A DNA stretch of 64,000 nt from Thermoanaerobaculia bacterium (GTDB lineage: Bacteria > Acidobacteriota > Thermoanaerobaculia > UBA5066), in the NCBI GenBank assembly GCA_963816185.1, contig CAWFJJ010000024.1, forward strand, positions 576,001-640,000, given 5' to 3'. The notes under the pieces were generated by a model. It was not told the DNA's origin and did not search any database. It saw nothing but the letters and a program-made list of their open reading frames with translations. Position 1 is the stretch's first letter; every line of letters begins with the position of its first letter. The position numbers were made by a program, and so were the translations under genes. Of the stretch, positions 17,226 to 26,760 are shown piece after piece.

Positions 17226-18577
17226 GACGCTTTCTCCGGCGAGACGATTCCGGTCGCCCGTGCGAAAGCGCCGCGGCCCCGCAGGGCTTGCAGCACGCGT
17301 ATGAAGGCGGCGCAGACGTGAAAACCGAAGATCCAGAAGCGCGCCTTGAACGTGGGATGGAAAACGCCGCCTCCGAGCACCGTCGTGACGCCGCGTTCGA
17401 TCCACGGGTTCGGAGCCGGCGTGTAGAACGTCTCGAGCACGTGGGGTTCGTAGAAGCCGTGGACGAAGCGCTCGAATCGCCGGATCGCGCGGCGGTAAAC
17501 CTTTTCGAAGTCCCTGAAGTCGCTCGCATCCACTCTCCCTTTCGCGCGGAGCGCGCGGTCGACGGAAGAGGCCGCGAGCTCGGCCGACTGCATCGCGAGG
17601 AGGACGCCCGTCGAGAAGACCGGGTCGAGGAAGCAGGCCGCATCTCCCACGAGGCAGAAGCCGTCGCCCGAGATGCGGGGGGTCGAGTACGAGTAGTCCG
17701 CGATGGCCTGGACGTCCATCGTCCGGCTCGAGCCAGCCAGGAGATCGCACACTTCAGGCGTCGCCTGGAGCGATTCCTCGAACAGCTGCTCCACGCTTCC
17801 GCGCCGTTCCTTGAACCGCCGCGACGGCATCACGATCCCGACCGAGACCGAGCCGTCGGAGAAGGGGATCAGCCACCACCAGCCGTCCGGCGTCGTCACG
17901 ATGACGATGTCTCCGCCGGTGGGTCCCTCCGCGCGCCTGAAGGTGTCGTAGTGGGCGAACGCGGCCGAGCGGTCGAGGAGGGGATCGCGCCTGCGCCCGC
18001 CGAGGCGACGCGAGAGGAGCGCGTCGCGACCCGTGGCGTCCACGACCACCTTCGCGTCCACCGTGCGCGGCTCGCTTTCCCCTTTCAAGAGCACTCTCGC
18101 GCCGCGCGCCCTCTTGCCGTCGGCGCTGAACAGGACCTCCGTCACGCGCGCTTCCTCGAAGACGGCCGCTCCGGACTCCTGCGCGTGGTCGAGGAGAAGA
18201 GCGTCGAACTCGGCCCGTTTCACCTGGAACGCAGTCGGGTGGTCGCCGTCGATGCCGTTCGCGAACAGGACCGGGCGCGTGAAGGACGAGCCCTGATGGT
18301 AGAAGCGGGCTCCGCGCTTCACCTGAACCCCCGCCGCTTTCAGCTTCGAAAGCACGCCGATGCGCTCGAAGAGCGGCAGGTTCCAGGGCAGAAGCGATTC
18401 GCCGACGTGGAAGCGCGGGAACTTCTCGCGCTCGAACACGACGGCACGATGGCCCATCCGGGCCATCAGCGTCGCGAACGTCGAGCCGCCGGGTCCGCCG
18501 CCGCAGATGACCGCGTCGGCCTCGGCGGGGAAGGCCCCGGGTCTCACGTTCTCCTGTCCGGAGCCTTTCGCCGACAT
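17222..18577 (-). CDS. FAD-dependent oxidoreductase, flavin halogenase/geranylgeranyl reductase-like
   Basis: GGGPGG, FPRFHVGESL, GWWWLIPF (WxWxIP), VGDAACFLDPVFSTGV. Confidence 0.88.
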   Translation of the reverse strand: MSAKGSGQENVRPGAFPAEADAVICGGGPGGSTFATLMARMGHRAVVFEREKFPRFHVGESLLPWNLPLFERIGVLSKLKAAGVQVKRGARFYHQGSSFTRPVLFANGIDGDHPTAFQVKRAEFDALLLDHAQESGAAVFEEARVTEVLFSADGKRARGARVLLKGESEPRTVDAKVVVDATGRDALLSRRLGGRRRDPLLDRSAAFAHYDTFRRAEGPTGGDIVIVTTPDGWWWLIPFSDGSVSVGIVMPSRRFKERRGSVEQLFEESLQATPEVCDLLAGSSRTMDVQAIADYSYSTPRISGDGFCLVGDAACFLDPVFSTGVLLAMQSAELAASSVDRALRAKGRVDASDFRDFEKVYRRAIRRFERFVHGFYEPHVLETFYTPAPNPWIERGVTTVLGGGVFHPTFKARFWIFGFHVCAAFIRVLQALRGRGAFARATGIVSPEKAS

Positions 18578-18674
18578 GCCCGTGATTATCCACGCACCGG
18601 AGAGAGTCGGAGGTCAACGACCCCCAATTGAATCCGGCTCGCGGCTTCCTGCTTGGCGGGGGTTCCGCCCTGAG

Positions 18675-20243
18675 TCACTGCGACCTGGCGATGCGGAACC
18701 CGAGGTTGCCGTCGCGGTAGTCAGCGCTGCCGACGCCGCGGTACGCCGACCGGCAGCTCGGTAGGACGTCGTCCCACGTGCCGCCCCGCCTGACACGGCT
18801 GTTGCTCTGCGGGGGGCTGCCTCCCGTGGGGTCCGTCACCGCCGTCGTCGGGTAGGCGGCGTACCAGTCCTGCACCCACTCGTCCACGTTCCCGTGCACG
18901 TCGTACAGCCCATAGGGGTTCGGCTGCTTCTGTCCCGCGGGATGCTGCATGCCGCTCTGGTTCCCGCACCACCAAACGTAGGAGTCCGCGCTGCACGGTC
19001 CGCACTGGTCGTCGCAGTCCAGCGCGTCCCCAAACGAGAATCGGGTCGTCGTGCCGCCCCGCGCCGCCCGCTCCCACTCCGCCTCCGTAGGGAGCCGGAA
19101 GGCGGACGCCCCGCTGAGCCCCAACACGGCATTCAGCTTCTCCAGGAACCCTCCGCTTCCCGCGATGTCGTTCCAGGACACCTCCTCGACGGGACACGTG
19201 CCTCCGCAGCTGGAGTGGTAGCTCGGGTTGCTCCCCATCACCGCCTGCCACTGCGCCTGTGTCACGTCGGTCTTCCCGATGTAGTAGTCGGCCGAGAGCG
19301 TCACCTGGTGCTGCGTCTCGTCGCTCCCGCGGCTGCGCTCCGTGCCCGGCGATCCCATCAGGAACGTTCCGTGCGGAATCTTCTCCAGCACCAGCGGCAC
19401 GCCGCCGGGCAGCGTCACGGTCAGCTCCTGGCTGGCGGTGTCCGCCGCCGCGACGATCGCGAAGGGGTCGCCCGAGGCGTTGTTGATGACCGACGCGAAG
19501 GAGAGCACCGGCTGGTCGCTCGTGAACTCGAGGAAGAGGTTCGTGTCCGTCGTTCCGGAGGCGCCGGGGAAGCCGCCCAGGGACACCTGCCGGAATCCGT
19601 CGGCGGGCAGCGCCGGATAGGTGGCCGTCCCGATCGACGATCCGTCCCCGCGCCGGAGGTTCGCCGTCACCGTCGCGTTCGCGGTCCCCGGGTTCATGAA
19701 CACGACGTTGGTCCGGTAGCCCGTCGCGGAGCTCGTACTGAGCGCGAGCTGACCCAGGATCCCGGCACGCAGGGCCTGCGAGGCGTCGATCCCCGGCAGC
19801 CACTGCCCCGAGATCGCCCCCGACCCGCACGCGTTCACGTTGTTCACGCTCGACGAGACGATGAGAGACCCGGTCGCCTCGAGCCGGATCGGTCCGAACG
19901 AACCCAGACTCGCCCCGAAGAGGGACCTGAGGATGTTGTCGAAGGACGCCTGACTCCGCGCCGGTATCGTGAACGGCGAAGCCGGCACCGTCGCTCCGTT
20001 CGCCTGGTCGTAGAACGTCGCCGTCACCGTCACCGGGGACCGAGTGACGTTGAGGAGGCGGACGTCCGAGTGGAATTCGGCCCCGCCCGCTCCCGTGCTG
20101 TAGGCGGATGACGGCAGGACATAGGTCGCCGTCTGTGCCATCGCCGTGCTCGCGAGAAGCACCGCCGCGAAGGCGACGGCAGCGCGAGCCGCCAGGCCGT
20201 GATCGGTCCTTCGCCTGATTTCGTTCTGCTTGTTGAATCTCAT
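18675..20243 (-). CDS. Secreted protein with C-terminal FGE-sulfatase (SUMF1) fold
   Basis: Signal peptide; FLMGSP...RLPTEAEWERAARGG...NPYGLYDVHGNVDEW...RGGTW...GFR; extra N-terminal beta domain. Confidence 0.88.
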   Translation of the reverse strand: MRFNKQNEIRRRTDHGLAARAAVAFAAVLLASTAMAQTATYVLPSSAYSTGAGGAEFHSDVRLLNVTRSPVTVTATFYDQANGATVPASPFTIPARSQASFDNILRSLFGASLGSFGPIRLEATGSLIVSSSVNNVNACGSGAISGQWLPGIDASQALRAGILGQLALSTSSATGYRTNVVFMNPGTANATVTANLRRGDGSSIGTATYPALPADGFRQVSLGGFPGASGTTDTNLFLEFTSDQPVLSFASVINNASGDPFAIVAAADTASQELTVTLPGGVPLVLEKIPHGTFLMGSPGTERSRGSDETQHQVTLSADYYIGKTDVTQAQWQAVMGSNPSYHSSCGGTCPVEEVSWNDIAGSGGFLEKLNAVLGLSGASAFRLPTEAEWERAARGGTTTRFSFGDALDCDDQCGPCSADSYVWWCGNQSGMQHPAGQKQPNPYGLYDVHGNVDEWVQDWYAAYPTTAVTDPTGGSPPQSNSRVRRGGTWDDVLPSCRSAYRGVGSADYRDGNLGFRIARSQ

Positions 20244-20292
20244 GGGTCACCTCCCGTCATCCGGAAGAAACGGAAACGGGCGGCACCCGGGA

Positions 20293-20814
20293 TCACTTCA
20301 CGCCGGGAGGCGGCCGCACGTTGGTGTATTCGTAGCGGGTCTTCACGACGGAGCCATCCGGCAACGTGAGGGTTTGTCCCAGCAGCCAGCCGTTCGATTT
20401 CAAAATGTGCACGATCGAGTCCGTGCCGCTCTCGTTGCTGTGGACCCTGTACGCCGTCACCGCCTGACCGTCGACGGTTTCTCTGCCCGCATCGGCGCAG
20501 GTGTCCGGATGCGTCTTCAGCTTTTCCCGCGCCGCCTCGAGCATGGCTCCCTGGGGCGCGGCGCTGCGCCGCCACCGGCCGCCGATGCGCAGGTACTCGA
20601 CGCCGTCGGCGAAGATCGCCTCGCTGGACTCGACGACCTTGCCGGCTCTCCCGGCCGTCTTTGTCGTGTAGACGTGGTGAGGCATCTGCACCGCCTTGAT
20701 CGCGGCGTTGTAGAGCGCGTCGCAGGTGTCGGCGGCGCGCGCAGACGTCACGAAAACCATGCACGCGAGCAAGGCCGTGATCGGAATGAAGTGCACGATG
20801 TGTTGACGGGACAT
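20293..20814 (-). CDS. Secreted hypothetical protein (LolA-like appearance)
   Basis: Signal peptide; GGAGGG RBS; similar to 20866..21546 (TC...ETVDGQAVTAYR vs TC...EVVDGQAAEVYR). Confidence 0.7.
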   Translation of the reverse strand: MSRQHIVHFIPITALLACMVFVTSARAADTCDALYNAAIKAVQMPHHVYTTKTAGRAGKVVESSEAIFADGVEYLRIGGRWRRSAAPQGAMLEAAREKLKTHPDTCADAGRETVDGQAVTAYRVHSNESGTDSIVHILKSNGWLLGQTLTLPDGSVVKTRYEYTNVRPPPGVK

Positions 20815-20865
20815 GGTGTGTTCCCTCCTCTAGCGTTTCGATGGACTTGGCCGTTGCCCATCGAA

Positions 20866-21546
20866 CTACGGCATCGCGGGGACGAACGCGATTTGCGTTT
20901 TGCCGCCATGCGCATAGATCATGATGCTGCCGCTGGGACAGGCGTACTTGACGCCTTGGGATGCGGTCGTTCGAATGCAGGACTTCGGCGCGTTGGATGC
21001 GTACCAGCCGTCCACCGTCTTCACCGCGTCACCCGTTTCGAGCACCATCGGCACGCCCCTCGCAACCGCCGACGCCGGCATGTCGTTCATGTTGCGGCCG
21101 CGCGGGTACATCGGCAGCTTGCCGTTCATCTGTGCGGCGGAGGGAGCGGCCCGAATGGGTTCTTGAGACGTCCATCGATACGCGATGTGGCCTTTGCCTT
21201 TGCCGGTCACGTTGCCGTCCTGCTCCTCGCGCAGCAGCAATCCCGAGGTCTTGGAAATCCAGATCTGCGCATCGGTGCTTCCGGTCTTCGACTGATACTG
21301 CTCGCGATAGACCTCCGCAGCCTGACCGTCCACAACCTCGTCGCGCAGATAGCTGCAGGTGTGGGCGCCGAGACCGTAAATGCCCGGCGTGTCAGCGGCA
21401 AAGTGGTAACCGGTCGTCTTCATCTGCCCGTGGCTGCTTCCGGTCTTTCGGTTGGCCTCCAGGATCCTGCCGCAGGCGTCTTGGTCCGCATGGGCGCTGA
21501 CGCTTGCCAGTGTGAACAGAGCGACGATCAATGCGGGGAATTTCAT
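20866..21546 (-). CDS. Secreted hypothetical protein, paralogous to 20293..20814, with an extra C-terminal domain
   Basis: Signal peptide MKFPALIVALFTLASVSAHA; GGAGGAG RBS. Confidence 0.7.
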   Translation of the reverse strand: MKFPALIVALFTLASVSAHADQDACGRILEANRKTGSSHGQMKTTGYHFAADTPGIYGLGAHTCSYLRDEVVDGQAAEVYREQYQSKTGSTDAQIWISKTSGLLLREEQDGNVTGKGKGHIAYRWTSQEPIRAAPSAAQMNGKLPMYPRGRNMNDMPASAVARGVPMVLETGDAVKTVDGWYASNAPKSCIRTTASQGVKYACPSGSIMIYAHGGKTQIAFVPAMP

Positions 21547-21625
21547 GATCCGATCTCCTCCGTCTGCGTCCGAGTTGCGATTCCTTTTCGGCTCATCGCT
21601 TTCCAGGCTTTCGACTCGTGATGAT

Positions 21626-22477
21626 TCATCCGCCTAAGTTCGGCGACTCCAGGACCTTCTTCGCCGCCGCGATCGCGACCCGGTGCGGGTCCTTCACGAA
21701 CTGAGGCTGGATCAGGATGTGGTGCGCGCCCTTGCGCACGAAGAACATCCGGCCCATCCCGACAAAGAACGCCTCGTCGCCCAGATCGGGCACGGTCTCG
21801 CCGCCGGCCTCCGGGCGGCTCGCGTTTCTCCCCGCTTCCATGCTCATGGAGAGCGCGGCGGAGCAATGCACCGAGAACAACGGCCGCTCTCCTCCGGGTC
21901 CGGCGCGCGTCCCGGGGTCCTCTTTCTCGGCCTGCGCGCGCATGGCGCCCGCAATCTGGTCGATCATGCGCGAGACCTGCGCATCGCCGGCAGCTCCCGG
22001 CGCGCTCTTCATCGCGATCGCTTCCGGGTTGAGCGAGGGATCCGGGATCCCGTAGTAGACGCATGTATCCGACGTCGACTCCGTCCGCGTGACCGCCGTT
22101 CCAGCGATCGCCGCGGCGTCCTCCTTGGAAAGGAGGCTGCAGCCGTAAGACTCAGGCCTCTTCTCCTCGCGAGCCATCTTCCCCATGCTGCGAGCCACTC
22201 GGCCGATCGCTCCATCGCCGGGGGCGCCGCCCGCGATGCGCGTTTCGACCGCTCTGGCCAGTCGACGGCCGACCACGTACACGCCGGCCGCGGCGGCGAC
22301 CCCGACCACCGCCACGACCGCGAGCACCCAGAGGATCGCTTTCCCTCCGGCCGACGTTCCCCCGCTCGGGACGGCCTGCGCCGGCGCATGGCCGGCGCGC
22401 TCGCCGCAATTCGAGCAGAACCAGTCATTCCCGAAGATCGGGGCCCCGCATTTCCGACATTTCGCCAGATCGTTCAT
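21626..22477 (-). CDS. Zinc-ribbon single-TM membrane protein
   Basis: CRKCG...FCSNCG ribbon, TM ILWVLAVVAVVGVAAAAGVYVV, periplasmic CSLLS...DLGDEAFF domain. Confidence 0.75.
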   Translation of the reverse strand: MNDLAKCRKCGAPIFGNDWFCSNCGERAGHAPAQAVPSGGTSAGGKAILWVLAVVAVVGVAAAAGVYVVGRRLARAVETRIAGGAPGDGAIGRVARSMGKMAREEKRPESYGCSLLSKEDAAAIAGTAVTRTESTSDTCVYYGIPDPSLNPEAIAMKSAPGAAGDAQVSRMIDQIAGAMRAQAEKEDPGTRAGPGGERPLFSVHCSAALSMSMEAGRNASRPEAGGETVPDLGDEAFFVGMGRMFFVRKGAHHILIQPQFVKDPHRVAIAAAKKVLESPNLGG

Positions 22478-22597
22478 CGACGCATCTCCTTTGCAGGGCG
22501 ACGACAATTCCCAAACGAGGCCCGACTTGATCTCGGCGGGGCATTCCTGACGGTCAAGCTCTCGCCTGGAAAGAACGGTAACTCCGGCAGTCAGGGA

Positions 22598-25576
22598 TCA
22601 TTCCCGCGGTGTCTGGCGGGGGGCGCGCGACGTCCCACGGGCGGAGAGAAAGGCCCGCGCGGTCGGATAGAGATCGACATCGACCGCCGGCATGGCGCTC
22701 AGGGACTTTCGCGCGGTCCGCATCGCCGCGGCGCTCTTGGCCGAGAAGGGTTCACATCGCCCGCTCAGAAGCTGTGCCTGGAGGCGCCAGATCGGATCCA
22801 CGGGATGGCTGGCTCCGTCGATCTCGGCGAGCGCGCCGGCGAGCAGGGGCTCAGCCTCGGGACAGCGATTCGCGCCGACCAGGAAATCGGCTAGCGGGAT
22901 CGCCCATTCATACGTCATGTTGCCCCGGGAGGGCACGAGCTCCTTTCCGATGCCCAGACCCGCGCGAAAATCCCGTTCCGCGAGTCCCGCCTCGCCGCAC
23001 ATCTCCTCGGCGATCGCGACCTCACGCAGGGCCACGGCCACGTTGCCGGATTTCTCGCCTTCTCGCCTCCTCTGCAGCTCCAGGGCCTGCCGGGCGAGCT
23101 CGAGCGCTTCGCGAGGCCTCCCTTCCCGCTCGAGCGTCGTCGCGAGATTCTCGCGGGCCAGGGCCCCCGTGGACTGGCCGTTGTCCTCGCGTAGCTCCGC
23201 CAGGACCTCCCGCTCCAACGATTCCGCTTCCGATGCCTGGCCGGCGTGGAGCAGCGTGATCGCGAGGTTATTCTCGACCGAGAGCGTGTCCGGATGGCCC
23301 TTTCCCGAGACCCTCTGGTACCGGGCGAGGAGCTCCCGGAAGACCGGCACCGCTCCGGTAAAGTCTCGGCGCGACGCGCGAATGATCCCGAGCATATTGA
23401 GCGCTTCGCCGATCTTCGGGTGATCGTCGGGCAGCGCGCGGCGAAGGACCTCGAGCGCTCCCTCTGCGGTCTTCTCGGCGTCGTCGTGGCGATTCTGGTC
23501 GTCATAGACGCCGGCGAGCTCGATCTGGGTCGCGCCGACGAGCGGATGCGCGGGCCCGAGGACCTTCCGGCGGATCGCGAGCGCGCGTTCGAGCGCGGCG
23601 GCCGACTCCGGATACTCACCGGCCTCGTTGAGACGAAGGCCGAGATTGTGCAGCGAGCCGGCGACCCCGAGTGACTCCGGACCGAGCGTCCTCTCGCGTA
23701 TTCCCAGAGCCTGTCGCAGGAGCTCGATCGCTTTCGACTCCCGGCCGAGGTCCGACTGGTTTGTGGCGAAATCGTCGAGGCGCGCCGCGCTTTCCGGCGA
23801 GCCCGTTCCGAAGCGGCGCTCGCTCGCGGCGAGAGCCTCCCGGAACGGCGCCTCGGCGCGCGCGAACTGCCCCTGGTCCTCGAGCAGCCGGCCGAGGTGG
23901 CCGAGGCTCTGGATCACGGCCGGATCATCCGCACCGAGGCTCGCGCGACGAGCCGCCAGCGCCTCGCGGAGCAACGGCTCTGCGCGGGCGAAGTCCGCTT
24001 CGAGCCGGAAGATCTCGCCGAGCTGATCCAAGCTCGCGGCAACCTCCGCGCTCCGGGCGGGAAACGCCTGACGGCGCAGCCGCAACGCCTCCTGGGCAAG
24101 AGGCAGCGCGCGGTCGTAGAGGCCGAGCGCGACGTACGACGCCACCATGGCGTGGAGCAGACGGGCGCGCACCTCCGGCTCGCCGGCGAGGTCGGATCGC
24201 AGGCGGGCGACGCCTTCGTCGAGGAGCTCCTGGGCGGTGAGAGACGAGCCCCGGGCGAGGGTCGGATCCGAGCCCTCGAACAGTCGGACGAGGAACGAGG
24301 TCACCTCCTGCGAGGCGCGCGCCTCGCGGGCCTTGGCGCGCGCTTCCTCGAGCGCGGCCCCGAGAGCGCCGACGAGGGCGAGGAGGAGCGTCGCGGCGAC
24401 CGCGAGCGTCCAACGGTGTCGCGCGGCGAACTTCCCGGCGCGGTAGCGGAAGCTGTCCGGTCGAGCGCGGATCGGCAGAAAGGAGAGATGCCGCCGCAGA
24501 TCCTCGGCGAGCGCCGCGGCAGAGGGATACCGGCGGTCGGGCTCGTTTCGGAGCGCGGTGAGGAGGATCGTGTCGAGATCCCCGCGCAAGGCGCGGCGGC
24601 GCCGCCGACGTGACAGAGTCGGAAGCTTGGCGGTCGCCACCGCCGTGCTGGGCCGGGCCGTTTCCTCTGCGATGCCGGCGGGCGCGATCTCCTCCCGTGC
24701 CCCCGGAGCGGAGAACGGCCGACGCCCAACGAGCAGCTCGTAGAGCACGACACCCAGCGCCCAGACGTCGGTCGCCGTCGTGACTCGCTCGCCGCGGATC
24801 TGTTCGGGCGCGGCATAGGCCGGGGTCAAATGGCGCTCGAGGGTGCGCGTCCCTTCGTCGTCGTCGCCGAGAAGCTTCGCGATGCCGAAGTCCAGGAGCT
24901 TGACGTCGCCGCTCGCCGTTACGAGGATGTTCGAAGGCTTGAGATCGCGGTGCACCACGAGCCGGCGGTGGGCGTGGTCGACGGCCGCACAGACTCCGAG
25001 GAAAAGCTCGATGCGCTGCGAGAGAGAGAGGCCCCGCGCGTCGCAGTAGTCCCCGATCGGGACCCCCTCGACATACTCCATCGCGAAGAACGGAAGGCCC
25101 TCGGGAGTCACGCCGCCGTCGAGCAGACGGGCGATGTGCGGGTGCTCGAGCCCGGCGAGGATCCGGCGCTCGGCGAGAAAACGCCGGATTGCCTCGTCGC
25201 CGGCGAGGCCGAGGCGCGCGACCTTGAGGGCGACCCGCTGCTCGAAGTGTCCGTCGCAGCGCTCACCGAGGAAGACGATTCCCATTCCGCCGAGTCCCAG
25301 CTCGCGGACAAGGCGGTAAGGACCCAGCTGCCGTCCGATCCAACCATCCAGCAGGGCGTCGCCGCCTTCGAGAAAGCGCGCGAGGCGCTGCGCTGCGCTT
25401 CGGTCGAGAGGAGAGTCGGCCTCCGAATCGGCCGTCAGGAGATCGACGACCCGCCGGCGGAGCGCATCGTCCCCGCCGCAGGCCGCCGCGACGTGGAGGT
25501 CGCGCTCGGGGGGCTCGAGATCGGCGACGTCCTGGAAGATCTCGAGCGCGCGACCCCACGCTTCCTCTGCACTCAC
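22598..25576 (-). CDS. Ser/Thr protein kinase with TM and TPR repeats (ECF-associated)
   Basis: GLGGMG, VALK, HRDLKPSN, DFG, APE, GDLDTI; kinesin-light-chain-type TPRs. Confidence 0.93.
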   Translation of the reverse strand: MSAEEAWGRALEIFQDVADLEPPERDLHVAAACGGDDALRRRVVDLLTADSEADSPLDRSAAQRLARFLEGGDALLDGWIGRQLGPYRLVRELGLGGMGIVFLGERCDGHFEQRVALKVARLGLAGDEAIRRFLAERRILAGLEHPHIARLLDGGVTPEGLPFFAMEYVEGVPIGDYCDARGLSLSQRIELFLGVCAAVDHAHRRLVVHRDLKPSNILVTASGDVKLLDFGIAKLLGDDDEGTRTLERHLTPAYAAPEQIRGERVTTATDVWALGVVLYELLVGRRPFSAPGAREEIAPAGIAEETARPSTAVATAKLPTLSRRRRRRALRGDLDTILLTALRNEPDRRYPSAAALAEDLRRHLSFLPIRARPDSFRYRAGKFAARHRWTLAVAATLLLALVGALGAALEEARAKAREARASQEVTSFLVRLFEGSDPTLARGSSLTAQELLDEGVARLRSDLAGEPEVRARLLHAMVASYVALGLYDRALPLAQEALRLRRQAFPARSAEVAASLDQLGEIFRLEADFARAEPLLREALAARRASLGADDPAVIQSLGHLGRLLEDQGQFARAEAPFREALAASERRFGTGSPESAARLDDFATNQSDLGRESKAIELLRQALGIRERTLGPESLGVAGSLHNLGLRLNEAGEYPESAAALERALAIRRKVLGPAHPLVGATQIELAGVYDDQNRHDDAEKTAEGALEVLRRALPDDHPKIGEALNMLGIIRASRRDFTGAVPVFRELLARYQRVSGKGHPDTLSVENNLAITLLHAGQASEAESLEREVLAELREDNGQSTGALARENLATTLEREGRPREALELARQALELQRRREGEKSGNVAVALREVAIAEEMCGEAGLAERDFRAGLGIGKELVPSRGNMTYEWAIPLADFLVGANRCPEAEPLLAGALAEIDGASHPVDPIWRLQAQLLSGRCEPFSAKSAAAMRTARKSLSAMPAVDVDLYPTARAFLSARGTSRAPRQTPRE

Positions 25577-26115
25577 GGTGAGCCCGGGGAGAGCGTCGCG
25601 AGCAGGAACGCCCGCGCCGCGCGCCAGTCGCGTTTGACCGTGGCGGTCGACTCGTCGAGCGCCTCCGCCGTCTCCTCGACCGACAGGCCCCCGAAGAAGC
25701 GCAGCTCGACCACGTGCGCCATTCGCTGGTTCGCGCCTTGCAGCTTCGCGAGCGCGGTGTCGATCGCAATCAGCTCCGCGGCATCGGCTCCGACCTCGGA
25801 CGCGACATCCCCGAGCGTCGCGATCTGGAGCCCGGCGCCGCGCTTCAAAGCCGTGTGGTTACGCGCGTGGTCGACCAGCACCTGTCGCATGGCCCGCGCG
25901 GCAAGAGCGAAGAAGTGCGAGCGGTCCTTGACGGACGCGCCGCGAGCGAGCTTGAGGTACGCTTCGTGGAGGAGCGCCGTCGTGCGAAGGGTTTCGCCGG
26001 GGCGCGCTCGCCGGATCTGCCGGTGCGCCAGCGCGTGCAGCTCTTCGTACAGCGCTTCGAACGTGAGGGAATCCGGACCCGGGGGACCGGAAGCGGCGTT
26101 CGACTCGGGATCCAT
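25573..26115 (-). CDS. ECF sigma factor, STK-associated type (ECF43/TIGR02999-like)
   Basis: LYEELHALAH...TLRTTALLHEAYLKL...HFFALAARAMRQVLVDHAR...VELRFFGGLS...TVKRDW. Overlaps the kinase start. Confidence 0.92.
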   Translation of the reverse strand: MDPESNAASGPPGPDSLTFEALYEELHALAHRQIRRARPGETLRTTALLHEAYLKLARGASVKDRSHFFALAARAMRQVLVDHARNHTALKRGAGLQIATLGDVASEVGADAAELIAIDTALAKLQGANQRMAHVVELRFFGGLSVEETAEALDESTATVKRDWRAARAFLLATLSPGSP

Positions 26116-26134
26116 TGCGCCGCGCCGCGCCGGT

Positions 26135-26620
26135 CTAGGCCTTGACCTCTTCCCTGACCCACACCCCGTTCTTCTCGACGTAGTTGAAGCGAGGCTTGCC
26201 GTTGACCTTGTGGACCGTCGTGTCGGTGATCACGATCTTCCCATCCTCGTTCTTCATGTAGAAGTCGACGTCGACCATCGTGCCGTCCTTGGCCTTGAAG
26301 TCCGTGCAGGCGAAGTACGTGTCGGCGGAGAGGGGCGTCAGCTTGTCGGTATGAACCTTGACGAGCGTGAGGTCCCAGGTCCTCTTCAGTACCTTGTCTT
26401 CCACCTTGAAGACCCCGCCCTCGGCCTTCGTCTTCTCGGCGATGTGGGCCTTGATGGCCTTGTCGAGGTCGGCCGTGCTGACGGTCTTGGCCTTCTCGGA
26501 CTTCGAGGGCTCGCCCTTCGCGGGATGCTCATGCCCCGCCGGATGCTCCTGCGCAAACCCTGGAGACGCCGCGAGAAGGAACGCTCCCGCGAGGATGGCC
26601 GCGTAACGAGTTGTTCTCAA
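26135..26620 (-). CDS. Secreted hypothetical protein with QEHP/HEHP N-terminus
   Basis: TTG start with GGAGG RBS; signal peptide; strongly biased codons suggesting high expression. Confidence 0.75.
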   Translation of the reverse strand: MRTTRYAAILAGAFLLAASPGFAQEHPAGHEHPAKGEPSKSEKAKTVSTADLDKAIKAHIAEKTKAEGGVFKVEDKVLKRTWDLTLVKVHTDKLTPLSADTYFACTDFKAKDGTMVDVDFYMKNEDGKIVITDTTVHKVNGKPRFNYVEKNGVWVREEVKA

Positions 26621-26760
26621 GGTTCACCTCCCGGGTCGGATCATAGTCACAAGGGACTCGCTCGGAAATCGCATACCCCGCCCGTCACGCTCGCAGGTCT
26701 CCACCCGCCAGGCTCTTCGCGCGGACCGGGCTCGTTCGCAGCTACAATCCGGTCATCCAC

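Noticed and set aside
15930-18577. rSAM/halogenase as maturases of the repeat peptide
   Set aside because: They lie 34 kb away, the rSAM has no recognisable RRE, and nothing in the sequence links them.
18675-18800. FGE/CLec C-terminus as a DGR variable region
   Set aside because: No template-repeat copy and no reverse transcriptase were seen in the window.
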